A stretch of 53,958 nt of DNA from a virus (lineage: Duplodnaviria; Caudoviricetes): IMG/VR virus record IMGVR_UViG_3300037313_000066, positions 1 to 53,958 of that record; one strand, given 5' to 3'. This document shows positions 1 through 8,007 of this stretch, in pieces. The position numbers and the translations under genes are program-made. Position 1 is the stretch's first letter. Each line of letters begins with the position of its first letter. The notes beneath the pieces were generated by a model. It was given only the letters and a program-made list of their open reading frames with translations. It ran no database searches and was not told where the DNA came from.

Positions 1-494
1 GTGCCGCGCCCGCCGGCGCTGGGTCATACCCCACCCGGTCACTCGACTTACTTGACTGGGCCGCATGACCATGCGAGCTAACGCATGACGATGCATCGAA
101 TGCGTGTTCGATCTGCCAGCGCTCCAGGTCACGAGCTGAATGGCAAACATGAGGAGAGCCTCACGTTACACGTCTGGCCGGCACCGAGCCGATCGGCAGA
201 CATGAGGTCAGCCTCATGTGTCACGCTCACCTGGAGAATGTGACGCGGCTCACACCTCTATAGGCTTGTGCACTGTAGACCCGACGTGCAATGATTCTCA
301 TGTCAGGCCGAAGGGGAACCGGAAGCCAGACACCGAACCGAATCGCTCACGGTCTACAGTTGACATCAGGCCGAAGGTGTGCAAGGATCGGGGTACCGAA
401 TCAACAGCACGTGCAAGCATCCGCCTAAGCGGCTCTGCCCGAGACATGCGAGATTCACAGTGTGACCCGAGCCGAATACGCCGAAAGTCTACAG

Positions 495-523
495 TTGACA
501 AACAGGCCGAAAGGCGATAGGCT
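495..523 (+). promoter_or_regulatory. Sigma70/SigA-type early promoter
   Basis: TTGACA (495-500), 17-nt spacer, TAGGCT (518-523). The -35 lies inside an operator copy (487-500). A weaker twin TTGACA is at 360-365. Confidence 0.75.
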
Positions 524-529
524 CGGAGA

Positions 530-1030
530 GCAGAACAACTGAATAGCAGCACGGGGCTAGCCCGTGCGACACGAACCCACTGTCCGTGATTGGCGCGCAA
601 GCGTAGGGCAACTGGGGGAGGCGTGAGGTAGCACAATCACCGCGCCTGAAGGTGTCCTGAATAGAGCAGTCTCTCCCTATGCGTGGGGCTGGTCGAAAGG
701 GGTAGCGCTGGAGGGACCGGGGCTCCCGTCGATAACCGGCCACCTTGACTAGGGACGTGTGCGTACCCATGCCGATCATCTGCATTGATCGGACGGGCAA
801 GCGAGCATAGGACGTGAGTGCGTGTCCTGAGGTTTCGGGCTCTTGAGTTTCTCAAGAGTTCGGAGTTAACGGAAAGTTGCTAGTCAGGGTGGATGGTTGA
901 GCCGGATGTCTTTCGACACGGGAGGACTTCACCAACGAAGTTGGGCAGGATCTCAGGGACTGCCGTGTCGGACACGAGAGGCGAGGGATGAGTCCTGATC
1001 CCGCTTGTAACCAGTGTCCAGTTGTTTGAG
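530..1030 (+). ncRNA. Candidate large structured non-coding RNA (~500 nt)
   Basis: No credible ORF. Ends pair (AACAACTG 534-541 with CAGTTGTT 1019-1026; GACAC 568-572 with GTGTC 1014-1018). 13-bp long-range stem 740-752/880-892 and many hairpins with G-U pairs. Starts just after the promoter. Confidence 0.6.
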
Positions 1031-1115
1031 TCCGTAGGACTTGCCTTGCTCCTCTCCGGTGTGAATCGGAGAGGGGTTCGGTTGGTGCATCGGACACCGA
1101 TCCAGGAGGAGAGTC

Positions 1116-1280
1116 ATGGCTAAGGTCTATCGCGAGAGCGACAAGCCGAAGATGGTCACGAGCGACCGCGTAGCGGCCGGCTGGAAGTCGCACAGGTGGG
1201 CTACGTCGGGTGAGGTTCACCCTGTCCAGGTCCGCACGATGTCGAAGAACGCACGTCGCAAGATGGTGCGTTATGCCTGA
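1116..1280 (+). CDS. Small basic hypothetical protein (54 aa, MAKVYRESDKPK...)
   Basis: Strong RBS AGGAGGAG, ATG 1116, TGA 1278-1280; below the ORF-track cutoff. Confidence 0.65.
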   Translation: MAKVYRESDKPKMVTSDRVAAGWKSHRWATSGEVHPVQVRTMSKNARRKMVRYA

Positions 1281-1362
1281 GCTCACTGGTCCGTACTCGG
1301 GTCGATTCCTGAGTTTGGACAACTGCCCGCTATGGCGGCAGGACTACGACGACGAGCCGGCC

Positions 1363-1599
1363 ATGCCGGACTACTACGGCCAGACCCGTGCACTCGCTGA
1401 GGACTTGGGCGGCACGCTGATCGACCTCGCCGGGGGGTGCGTGGGTGTGGTCCAGGAGCTTGGTGACGGACGCATCAAGGTGACCGCCCTGTCTCCTGAC
1501 GACGGTTGCGAGACCATCGCGACGTGGACCGAGGGTCCTGACGGCGAGCAGGAGAGTGAGCCGATCGTTTCGGAGTTCACCCCGTACGGATCGAAGTAG
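1363..1599 (+). CDS. Hypothetical acidic protein
   Basis: ORF 1210..1599; coding-like codon usage from ATG 1363. Confidence 0.6.
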   Translation: MPDYYGQTRALAEDLGGTLIDLAGGCVGVVQELGDGRIKVTALSPDDGCETIATWTEGPDGEQESEPIVSEFTPYGSK

Positions 1600-1603
1600 G
1601 GGG

Positions 1604-1632
1604 TTGCGTTATCGGTCTAGGGTGTGTACTGT
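1604..1632 (+). promoter_or_regulatory. Putative promoter overlapped by an operator
   Basis: TTGCGT-N17-TACTGT; the -10 lies within motif copy 1623-1636. Confidence 0.55.
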
Positions 1633-1667
1633 AGACCTCGTAAGGACGGGACGCCTAGGAGGGCGAG

Positions 1668-1862
1668 ATGGACCTGATTGGCAAGCGAGTCGAGATCCCG
1701 GCTCACACGGATTATTGGATGATGGGCGATCGCTTCGGTGAGATCACCAAGGTCGTCGAGAACAGTGCCGGCGTTTACATTGCAACTGTAGACATGGACC
1801 GGAGTGGCAAGCGTCGTCGGTTCCGTGCCGACGCCCTGACTTTCATCGAGACGGGAGTCTGA
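1668..1862 (+). CDS. Small SH3-like phage protein (DxWMxGDRxG type)
   Basis: RBS AGGAG; motif TDYWMMGDRFGEI recalled from early genes of actinophages. Confidence 0.75.
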   Translation: MDLIGKRVEIPAHTDYWMMGDRFGEITKVVENSAGVYIATVDMDRSGKRRRFRADALTFIETGV

Positions 1863-1864
1863 CC

Positions 1865-2263
1865 ATGACGAACGAGGATCTGAAGCGACAGGTCGAGCAC
1901 ATCGCCAACGAGCTGAGTGGGGGAGTCGACGGGTCGGAGTGGGCCTATGAGTGGCACGAGTCCAACTGCCGGCTCTACGACGCGGACGGCGAGGAGACGC
2001 TGAGCGAGCACCTGGAGTGGTGCGACGAGCGTCCCAGCGTGGCTGACTGGATGGAGGACGTGCTCGACATCGAGTACATCGTCAACTCCCGACGCGAGTA
2101 CATCGGGGCGCGGGTGCTCGTCGGGTTCGGCGGTCCGAACCTGTGGATCAACACGCGGACCAGCACCGTGGAGGGCTACTGGTGGGGCGCGTACGAGGAG
2201 CAGCGCTACACCGACAACCTCGGCCTGGACGACTGGCTTGAGGAGTATTGGGACCTCGGCTGA
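1865..2263 (+). CDS. Acidic hypothetical phage protein (GGPN motif)
   Basis: RBS GGGAG; D/E- and W-rich; GFGGPNLWI motif. Confidence 0.8.
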   Translation: MTNEDLKRQVEHIANELSGGVDGSEWAYEWHESNCRLYDADGEETLSEHLEWCDERPSVADWMEDVLDIEYIVNSRREYIGARVLVGFGGPNLWINTRTSTVEGYWWGAYEEQRYTDNLGLDDWLEEYWDLG

Positions 2264-2350
2264 GCTCTTGCGTGAGGGCTACGTGTGAAGCGTAGACCTC
2301 GCGCTGGATAGCAGCCTGCTACCACCACCACTGACCTAGGAGGGTCTGTC

Positions 2351-2443
2351 ATGGCGAAGTACGTCACCCACAAGCGTTCCAACGAGGGCAAGCGCGAGAC
2401 GCTGCGTCGTCGCGAGATCCGCCGCGTGAAGTACGGGAAGTGA
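2351..2443 (+). CDS. 30-aa basic peptide MAKYVTHKRSNEGKRETLRRREIRRVKYGK
   Basis: RBS AGGAGG 6 nt upstream; stop overlaps the next start. Confidence 0.65.
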   Translation: MAKYVTHKRSNEGKRETLRRREIRRVKYGK

Positions 2444-3237
2444 CTGACATGAGCGTGAGCCTGAAGAAGGACAACCTTTGCGAGCACGGTCGACTGATCG
2501 ACAACGACGGCACCGTGTCCTGCATGGACTGCGACTGGTGCACCACCTGCGAGCAGGTGACCTCGTGGGAATCCGAGCGTTGCAGCGGGTGCGACCGAGC
2601 GTGGGGCGATCCCGACCTCGTGACCGTCAACCTGGACGACCCGTGGGCCTTCATCACGGGACGTGTGTACGCCTACCAGGGCTGGAGTGCCGAGCAGGTC
2701 GAGGCCGGCGACACTTTGCGGGGGATCGACCTTCAGGCAATGAGCAACGCCGAGCACGTCACCCGGTACAACGACGAGTACCCGATCTTCGTCGAGATCC
2801 CCGGTGCGTACATCGACGGCATCCACGACGACCTCATGGGCCGCTCGAACTTCGAGCGACTGGAGGAGGATTACGGCGACTACCTCTACCGGGCATCGTG
2901 GACGTACTCCGACCACCTGCTCGTCCGCGTCGGGGAGCGGATTCCCGAGACGCTGATGAACGCGATCCTCGGCTTCAACGACTACCCGCTCTACGACGAG
3001 GAGGACTACTCCCGACGTGAGTGGGAGGCGTACGAGTCCTGCCTCGACGAGGCGATCGACCACGCTCGGCGGGTCTATGAGATGGACAACGACGAGCTCA
3101 CCGAGGACCAGTTCGAGGCCGCTCGGGTGTCTGTCCAGGAGCACGTCTCCAACGCCGGCCAGTGGTGCCGTGACGAGGATGTCGACTGGGACGAGGTGGC
3201 CGGCCTGTTCCGTGACGCGATCGGCGTCGACGAGTGA
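2440..3237 (+). CDS. Highly acidic hypothetical protein with N-terminal Cys-rich Zn ribbon
   Basis: CxxC pairs; YPLYDEEDYS motif; very D/E rich. Confidence 0.8.
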   Translation: MTDMSVSLKKDNLCEHGRLIDNDGTVSCMDCDWCTTCEQVTSWESERCSGCDRAWGDPDLVTVNLDDPWAFITGRVYAYQGWSAEQVEAGDTLRGIDLQAMSNAEHVTRYNDEYPIFVEIPGAYIDGIHDDLMGRSNFERLEEDYGDYLYRASWTYSDHLLVRVGERIPETLMNAILGFNDYPLYDEEDYSRREWEAYESCLDEAIDHARRVYEMDNDELTEDQFEAARVSVQEHVSNAGQWCRDEDVDWDEVAGLFRDAIGVDE

Positions 3238-3338
3238 ACGCCGATCACATCGTCGCGCTGAGCGGCATCACCATCATTCTTGCCCTTGCCGTCCGGCACG
3301 GGTTCAAGCAACACACAACTGAATACGAAGGAGAGTGA
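3234..3338 (+). CDS. 34-aa hydrophobic peptide
   Basis: GTGA overlap with upstream stop; VNADHIVALSGITIILALAVRHGF...; fills the gap exactly. Confidence 0.45.
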   Translation: MNADHIVALSGITIILALAVRHGFKQHTTEYEGE

Positions 3339-3341
3339 CTG

Positions 3342-3800
3342 ATGAACACACGCAAGTTCGCGACCATCGCCCTCGGCATCGTGATGATGCTGGGCATCAC
3401 CCTCGGGACGACCGGCACCGCTCAGGCGGGGGAGTGGCACCACCACCCGGTCAACTACGCGGGGAGCATCCACCATCGAGGCTTCCCTCCCTGCCTGGAG
3501 GAGGACGGCTCGACCCAGTGGTCCTGCGTCTGGAACGGCCACGCGGCCGGCAACGGCATCGGACGATCCTTCATCGTCACCCACAACCGGATGGGTCACC
3601 ACGCCCGGTACCACTACATCCGGTCCCACAGAGCAGCTCACCTGATCCGTGTGTGGATGCACCATCACTGTGAGCGCGCCCAGCGAAAGGTCTACCTCTG
3701 CGAGGGGTGGCGCGTGATGCACCACCACAAGCGGATGGTGGGACCGTTCCCGGCACACACGCCGATCTCGGATCACACGTACCCGCCGATGATCCGCTGA
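3342..3800 (+). CDS. Secreted His-rich protein
   Basis: Signal peptide ending AQA; 20 His; PPCxxEDGS...CxW...GNGxGxSF motif. Confidence 0.75.
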   Translation: MNTRKFATIALGIVMMLGITLGTTGTAQAGEWHHHPVNYAGSIHHRGFPPCLEEDGSTQWSCVWNGHAAGNGIGRSFIVTHNRMGHHARYHYIRSHRAAHLIRVWMHHHCERAQRKVYLCEGWRVMHHHKRMVGPFPAHTPISDHTYPPMIR

Positions 3801-3808
3801 CTTCAGCA

Positions 3809-3864
3809 GCCTAGGAGCAAGGTGCGAGGGGTTCGCCCCTGCGGTTCGAGTCCGCACCTAGGCA
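3809..3864 (+). ncRNA. tRNA-like mini element (acceptor stem plus T-arm mimic)
   Basis: GCCTAGG/CCTAGGC 7-bp stem stacked on TGCGG-TTCGAGT-CCGCA; a GGGG-TTCG-CCCC hairpin replaces the anticodon arm. Confidence 0.5.
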
Positions 3865-3909
3865 CTGGCACCCGAGCTTGGGGAAGATCGGGTGCCGCTA
3901 ACTCTACAG

Positions 3910-3939
3910 TTGACATATGGTGTGAACTGGAGATACCGT
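3910..3939 (+). promoter_or_regulatory. Promoter covered by an inverted operator pair
   Basis: TTGACA-N18-TACCGT; motif copies at 3902-3915 (-) and 3921-3934 (+). Confidence 0.65.
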
Positions 3940-3973
3940 TACGGCAACGCAACGCCGACGAAGGGAGTTCGGA

Positions 3974-4870
3974 ATGACCGTCAAGACTCGCAGCATCACC
4001 ACCACCGCCCACTACATCGAGGTGGACGGGATCGGCTACCCGACGACGTTCGAGGCCGCTGAGTACATCGACGCTCGTGTGGACATGGAGGGCCGGCACA
4101 ACGCCGAGGGAACCCTGGTCACGATCGTCTACGCGGCCCGCGACGAGTGCTCCGACAACCCCCGCGACCACTTCGACCCCTGCGGCACGATGGTCCGCGT
4201 CCGTGACGGCTACAACGGCATCGACATCGACGTGCCGGACTCCGACATCGCCGCCGCGCTCGAAGTCGCCCAGGATCTGATCGACTACTTCAAGCGTGCC
4301 GAAACCGAGATCTTCTACGTCGTGAAGTGCGGATGCGCCTGGAGCGGCCATGCCCTTGACGAGGTCGAGACCGGCGAGTGCGCCTACCCGTATGAGGCCC
4401 TGATCGTCGGAGGCGAGGACTCCACATTCCCGGACGGCTCAACCCTTGGGAAGGAGTTCGGCGCTGGCGGGGACCACGACCTTGACCTCGAAGGCGTCGC
4501 CGCCATGTTCATGAAGTGGAAGCGGGATCACTGGTCGGATGCCTACGACCTGACGCGGGCCTACGTCGGCGAGACTCGTCCGGACATCACCGGCTTCATG
4601 CGGTGGGACATCAGCGGCTACTCCCAGAGCGACTGGGCCGAGGGCTATATCTACACGACTCGTGACGACCTCGGTGACCCGATCGCCGCGCTCAAGGCCG
4701 AGGTGCGCGAGTACGACGCATGGGCCAAGGGCGACGTGTACGTGATCGCCAAGGAGACCTACCGGCTCCTGCCGGACGGCGAGGTCGAGCACATCGACTA
4801 CGAGTGCGTGGGTGGCTACTACGGAGACGACGAGACGGCTCGTCTGATCCAGACGGGAGACGTGTTCTGA
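3974..4870 (+). CDS. Acidic hypothetical phage protein
   Basis: 298 aa; GYSQSDW, YDAWAKGDVY and CxGGYYG motifs; RBS GGGAG. Confidence 0.8.
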   Translation: MTVKTRSITTTAHYIEVDGIGYPTTFEAAEYIDARVDMEGRHNAEGTLVTIVYAARDECSDNPRDHFDPCGTMVRVRDGYNGIDIDVPDSDIAAALEVAQDLIDYFKRAETEIFYVVKCGCAWSGHALDEVETGECAYPYEALIVGGEDSTFPDGSTLGKEFGAGGDHDLDLEGVAAMFMKWKRDHWSDAYDLTRAYVGETRPDITGFMRWDISGYSQSDWAEGYIYTTRDDLGDPIAALKAEVREYDAWAKGDVYVIAKETYRLLPDGEVEHIDYECVGGYYGDDETARLIQTGDVF

Positions 4871-5235
4871 TGAACCGCCCGACCCTGACCGAGATCTTCC
4901 GGCTCCAGAACCCCTTCAGTGCCGCAGAGCTCTCCGACGAGGAGATCCTGGAGTACGTCGAGCACCACTCCGGTGGCCTGATCGTGCTCGGTGCTCCGAG
5001 TGAGCGCGGCTACGCCAAGATGCACGACTCGTGGGGTCCTGGTGCCCCTGACGAGCCGGGGAACATCGTGGTCCACGACTACGACCCTGACCGCGTGTAC
5101 GACGGTCCCGAGGGCTCGATCTCCTTTACCGAGGACGGCATCCCCGGCGAGATCTGGCCGGACGGCACGGTCTGGTACTTCGGCTCCGGTCGGGATGCCT
5201 ACCAGCACTTCCTCAAGACGATCGGAGACGACTGA
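4870..5235 (+). CDS. Hypothetical protein
   Basis: TGATG coupling with upstream gene. Confidence 0.75.
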   Translation: MNRPTLTEIFRLQNPFSAAELSDEEILEYVEHHSGGLIVLGAPSERGYAKMHDSWGPGAPDEPGNIVVHDYDPDRVYDGPEGSISFTEDGIPGEIWPDGTVWYFGSGRDAYQHFLKTIGDD

Positions 5236-5432
5236 TGGGGCTCAAGACGGGCCGGATCTACAAGGTCATCGACCTTTCGGAGACGACCGGCAATCGGACG
5301 GCCTACGCGGTGTCTCCCGACACCGAGGGTGCGTACTGGTACGACTCGCTCGCGATCGCCAAGGACGAGCACGGCGATCTCCCCGTGGTCGAGGTCGACC
5401 GGGACTACTTCGACGCACTCAGGGAGGACTGA
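5235..5432 (+). CDS. Hypothetical protein
   Basis: TGATG coupling; RBS GGAG. Confidence 0.7.
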   Translation: MGLKTGRIYKVIDLSETTGNRTAYAVSPDTEGAYWYDSLAIAKDEHGDLPVVEVDRDYFDALRED

Positions 5433-5433
5433 C

Positions 5434-5673
5434 ATGGCCCGCATGACCTACCTGTTCCAGCCGACGCTCTACGTCTTCCAGGGCGACGACGGCGAGTGGG
5501 TGGCTCAGTTCGAGTGGGGCGACTCGTACACCGAGGCGTACCACGACGAGGACGTGAACAAGCAGCCCGAGGCCGGCGAGGTGGAGCAGGTGTGCGCCAT
5601 GGTCGACGACTGGATCGCCTACGAGAGCCTCAAGAACCCCTTCCGCATCCCAACCCGACCCGAGGAGCACTGA
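5434..5673 (+). CDS. Hypothetical acidic protein (MARMTY...)
   Basis: RBS GGAGG; TGACATG junction. Confidence 0.7.
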   Translation: MARMTYLFQPTLYVFQGDDGEWVAQFEWGDSYTEAYHDEDVNKQPEAGEVEQVCAMVDDWIAYESLKNPFRIPTRPEEH

Positions 5674-5674
5674 C

Positions 5675-5827
5675 ATGGCACGCAAGGTCATCATCACCCT
5701 GCCCGACGACGAGTACATCGAGGCCGACTCGCGCTACGTCCGCAACGTCGCCACACAGATCGGACTCGGCTTCCTGTCGGGCCACCTAGATGCCGAGCAC
5801 CACTGGACGATCGAGAAGGGAGTCTGA
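5675..5827 (+). CDS. Hypothetical 50-aa protein (MARKVIITL...)
   Basis: RBS GAGGAG; TGACATG junctions on both sides. Confidence 0.65.
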   Translation: MARKVIITLPDDEYIEADSRYVRNVATQIGLGFLSGHLDAEHHWTIEKGV

Positions 5828-5828
5828 C

Positions 5829-6056
5829 ATGGCCCGTCAGACCATCGAGGCCGAGCAGGCTCAGGAGGGGGACTCGATCCCCGGCCTGGACAACGCCTAC
5901 GTCATCGACGTGGAGACCACCGAGCTACGGGCATTCAGTGGCACGTACAACGTGTCGCTCGGCGTGATGACTGCCATCACCTTCAACGACCGCTACGGCA
6001 ACGAGGGCTACCTCCTTGTCGAGCCCGACCACCCGCTCGTCGTTGAGCGTGTGTGA
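5829..6056 (+). CDS. Hypothetical protein (MARQTIEA...)
   Basis: RBS GGGAG; TGACATG junction. Confidence 0.7.
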   Translation: MARQTIEAEQAQEGDSIPGLDNAYVIDVETTELRAFSGTYNVSLGVMTAITFNDRYGNEGYLLVEPDHPLVVERV

Positions 6057-6079
6057 ACCGTAGATCACGAGAGGACTAC

Positions 6080-7525
6080 ATGAGCAACACGAAAGCGATC
6101 GTCCTGTTCTCGGGGCCGGGAGGCACCACGCAGGGCATCAAGGATGCTGGCATCGAGGAGGTCGTCGGCATCGAGTTCGAGGAGACCGCCGTCGAGACGG
6201 CGCGAGCGGCAGGGCATTACGTCGTCCATGCGGACGTGCGAGAGCTCGACCCCCGCACGGTCTACGACGAGCTCCTGAACTGCAACGACGACGAGTTCTT
6301 CCGTCTCCTGGCCCAGATGTCGCCGCCCTGTCAGGGGCTGAGCATGGCTGGGAAGGGGAAGGGTCGCGACGACCTGGAGTTCCTGCTGAACGCCGTGCAG
6401 GCGCTCTCGCACACCGCCGGCCTCGCTGAGACGTTCGGTCAGGCTCGGGAGATGATCCCGATGCTGATGGAGACGCTCGTGGCCGACTGCTCGGACGAGC
6501 GCTCGCCGCTCACGTTCGAGGTCATGCGCTGGATCTTCGACCTGTCGCCCGACTACATCATGCTGGAGCAGGTGCCTGCCGCTCTCCCGATCTGGGAGGC
6601 GATCGCTGAGGTGCTGGAGTCGTGGGGCTACGCGGTGTGGACAGGGAACGTGCAGGCCGAGCAGTACGGCGTGCCGCAGACCCGCAAGCGCGCCATCCTC
6701 ATGGCGACCCTCCACCGCACCGAGCTGGCCGGCCCAGTGCCGACGCACTCGAAGTACCACAACCGCACGCCCGACCGCCTGGACGAGGGTGTCCAGAAGT
6801 GGGTCAGCATGGCCGAGGCACTGGACTGGGGGATGACCCACCGCCCGTACCCGACCATCGCACCCGGCACTGGCGTCGGTGGTCCCGACTCGCTGGCCGT
6901 GGGCGGCTCCGGTGCTCGCAAGACGATCTACGCCGAGCACGCCGAGGGTCGCTGGGTCGAGCATCCCGACTACGTGGAGACCGGCCAGCAGTGGTACGAC
7001 ATCGGGGGAGTGCTCATCAAGCAGACCCGCTCGATCGAGGACCCCGCTCCGACCGTCACCGGCAACACGAAGGCGTGGAAGGTCCATACCCACATGGGTG
7101 ACGTGGCCCAGTCGAACGGCACCGTGCGCCCCGTGGACGCTCCCGCTCCGACGCTCACCGCGTCGATGGACAACGGCAACTTCCGCTGGGTCGACCGTGA
7201 GGCTCTGGTCAAGGAGGTCGAGCCTCGCGTCAACAACCAGTCGGGCACCGAGTTCGACCTGACGTGGCCTGCCGATCGCCCCGCCCCTGTCATCGCAGGG
7301 CGCGATCTGGTCACCATGCCGGGTGCGAACGCCAACCGCTTCAACGGCTCGACCAAGAGCCGCAACGACGGCATCCGCGTGACCGTCGAGGAGGCAGGCG
7401 TCCTCCAGTCGTTCCCCGCCACCTACCCGTGGAAAGGCACGAAGACGAAGAAGTTCCAGCAGGTCGGCAACGCCGTACCGCCCCTGCTTCAGTGCAAGTT
7501 GACCCAGCACCTTCTCGGTGTGTGA
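6080..7525 (+). CDS. DNA (cytosine-5)-methyltransferase
   Basis: Motif I LFSGPGG, IV SPPCQ, VI EQV, VIII QTRKR, X QVGNAVPP. Confidence 0.93.
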   Translation: MSNTKAIVLFSGPGGTTQGIKDAGIEEVVGIEFEETAVETARAAGHYVVHADVRELDPRTVYDELLNCNDDEFFRLLAQMSPPCQGLSMAGKGKGRDDLEFLLNAVQALSHTAGLAETFGQAREMIPMLMETLVADCSDERSPLTFEVMRWIFDLSPDYIMLEQVPAALPIWEAIAEVLESWGYAVWTGNVQAEQYGVPQTRKRAILMATLHRTELAGPVPTHSKYHNRTPDRLDEGVQKWVSMAEALDWGMTHRPYPTIAPGTGVGGPDSLAVGGSGARKTIYAEHAEGRWVEHPDYVETGQQWYDIGGVLIKQTRSIEDPAPTVTGNTKAWKVHTHMGDVAQSNGTVRPVDAPAPTLTASMDNGNFRWVDREALVKEVEPRVNNQSGTEFDLTWPADRPAPVIAGRDLVTMPGANANRFNGSTKSRNDGIRVTVEEAGVLQSFPATYPWKGTKTKKFQQVGNAVPPLLQCKLTQHLLGV

Positions 7526-7551
7526 ACAGTAGAGCGAGGTAGTCACACAGA

Positions 7552-8007
7552 ATGACCATTGAGTCCAACCACCTGCGACTGGTCGGAGCGATCGCTCGGC
7601 CACTCTCGGAAGAAGCAGACCTCGACTTCGAGGAGACGGACGGGACCGAGGAGATCATCGACTGGGACGAGCTGGAGTATCTGCTCGACACCGGAGAGAT
7701 CGCCACCCAGGTCGACCTGTTCGTGTGGATCAAGGCGGCGTACGGCGCGGTCGACATGCGCCCCCATGCGTACCTGCGTCAGCGGGTGCTCGACGGCCTG
7801 TTCCCCGAGTACCGGGAGATGTGCGCCAACCTGCCCGAGGGTGAGAGCAACCGGCGCTACGGCCTGTTCACCAGCGATCAGGTGATCGAGATGCGTGCTC
7901 GGTACGAGGCCGGCGAGACGGTCACCGAGCTCGCCAGGGTCTTCGGTGTCAGCCGTGGCCCGATGCGCAAGATCCTCAACTACGAGACCTACAAGGAGGT
8001 CGCGTGA
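7552..8007 (+). CDS. Protein with C-terminal HTH DNA-binding domain
   Basis: GETVTELARVFGVSRGPMRKIL. Confidence 0.75.
   Translation: MTIESNHLRLVGAIARPLSEEADLDFEETDGTEEIIDWDELEYLLDTGEIATQVDLFVWIKAAYGAVDMRPHAYLRQRVLDGLFPEYREMCANLPEGESNRRYGLFTSDQVIEMRARYEAGETVTELARVFGVSRGPMRKILNYETYKEVA

Noticed and set aside
740-892. Group I intron P7 (GACUA/UAGUC)
   Set aside because: The pairing is a continuous 13-bp stem without the bulged G-binding site; no P3/P4 core or exons were identified
564-930. Group II intron (GTGCGACACG at 564; GAGCCGGATG at 899 resembling domain V)
   Set aside because: The 3' strand needed to complete domain V is absent, there is no RT/maturase, and no gene is interrupted
218-1322. 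ORF-track proteins in the first 1.3 kb
   Set aside because: No RBS and atypical codon usage; they overlap promoters and the structured RNA
3809-3864. Functional tRNA gene
   Set aside because: No D stem and no 7-nt anticodon loop; kept only as a tRNA-like mimic
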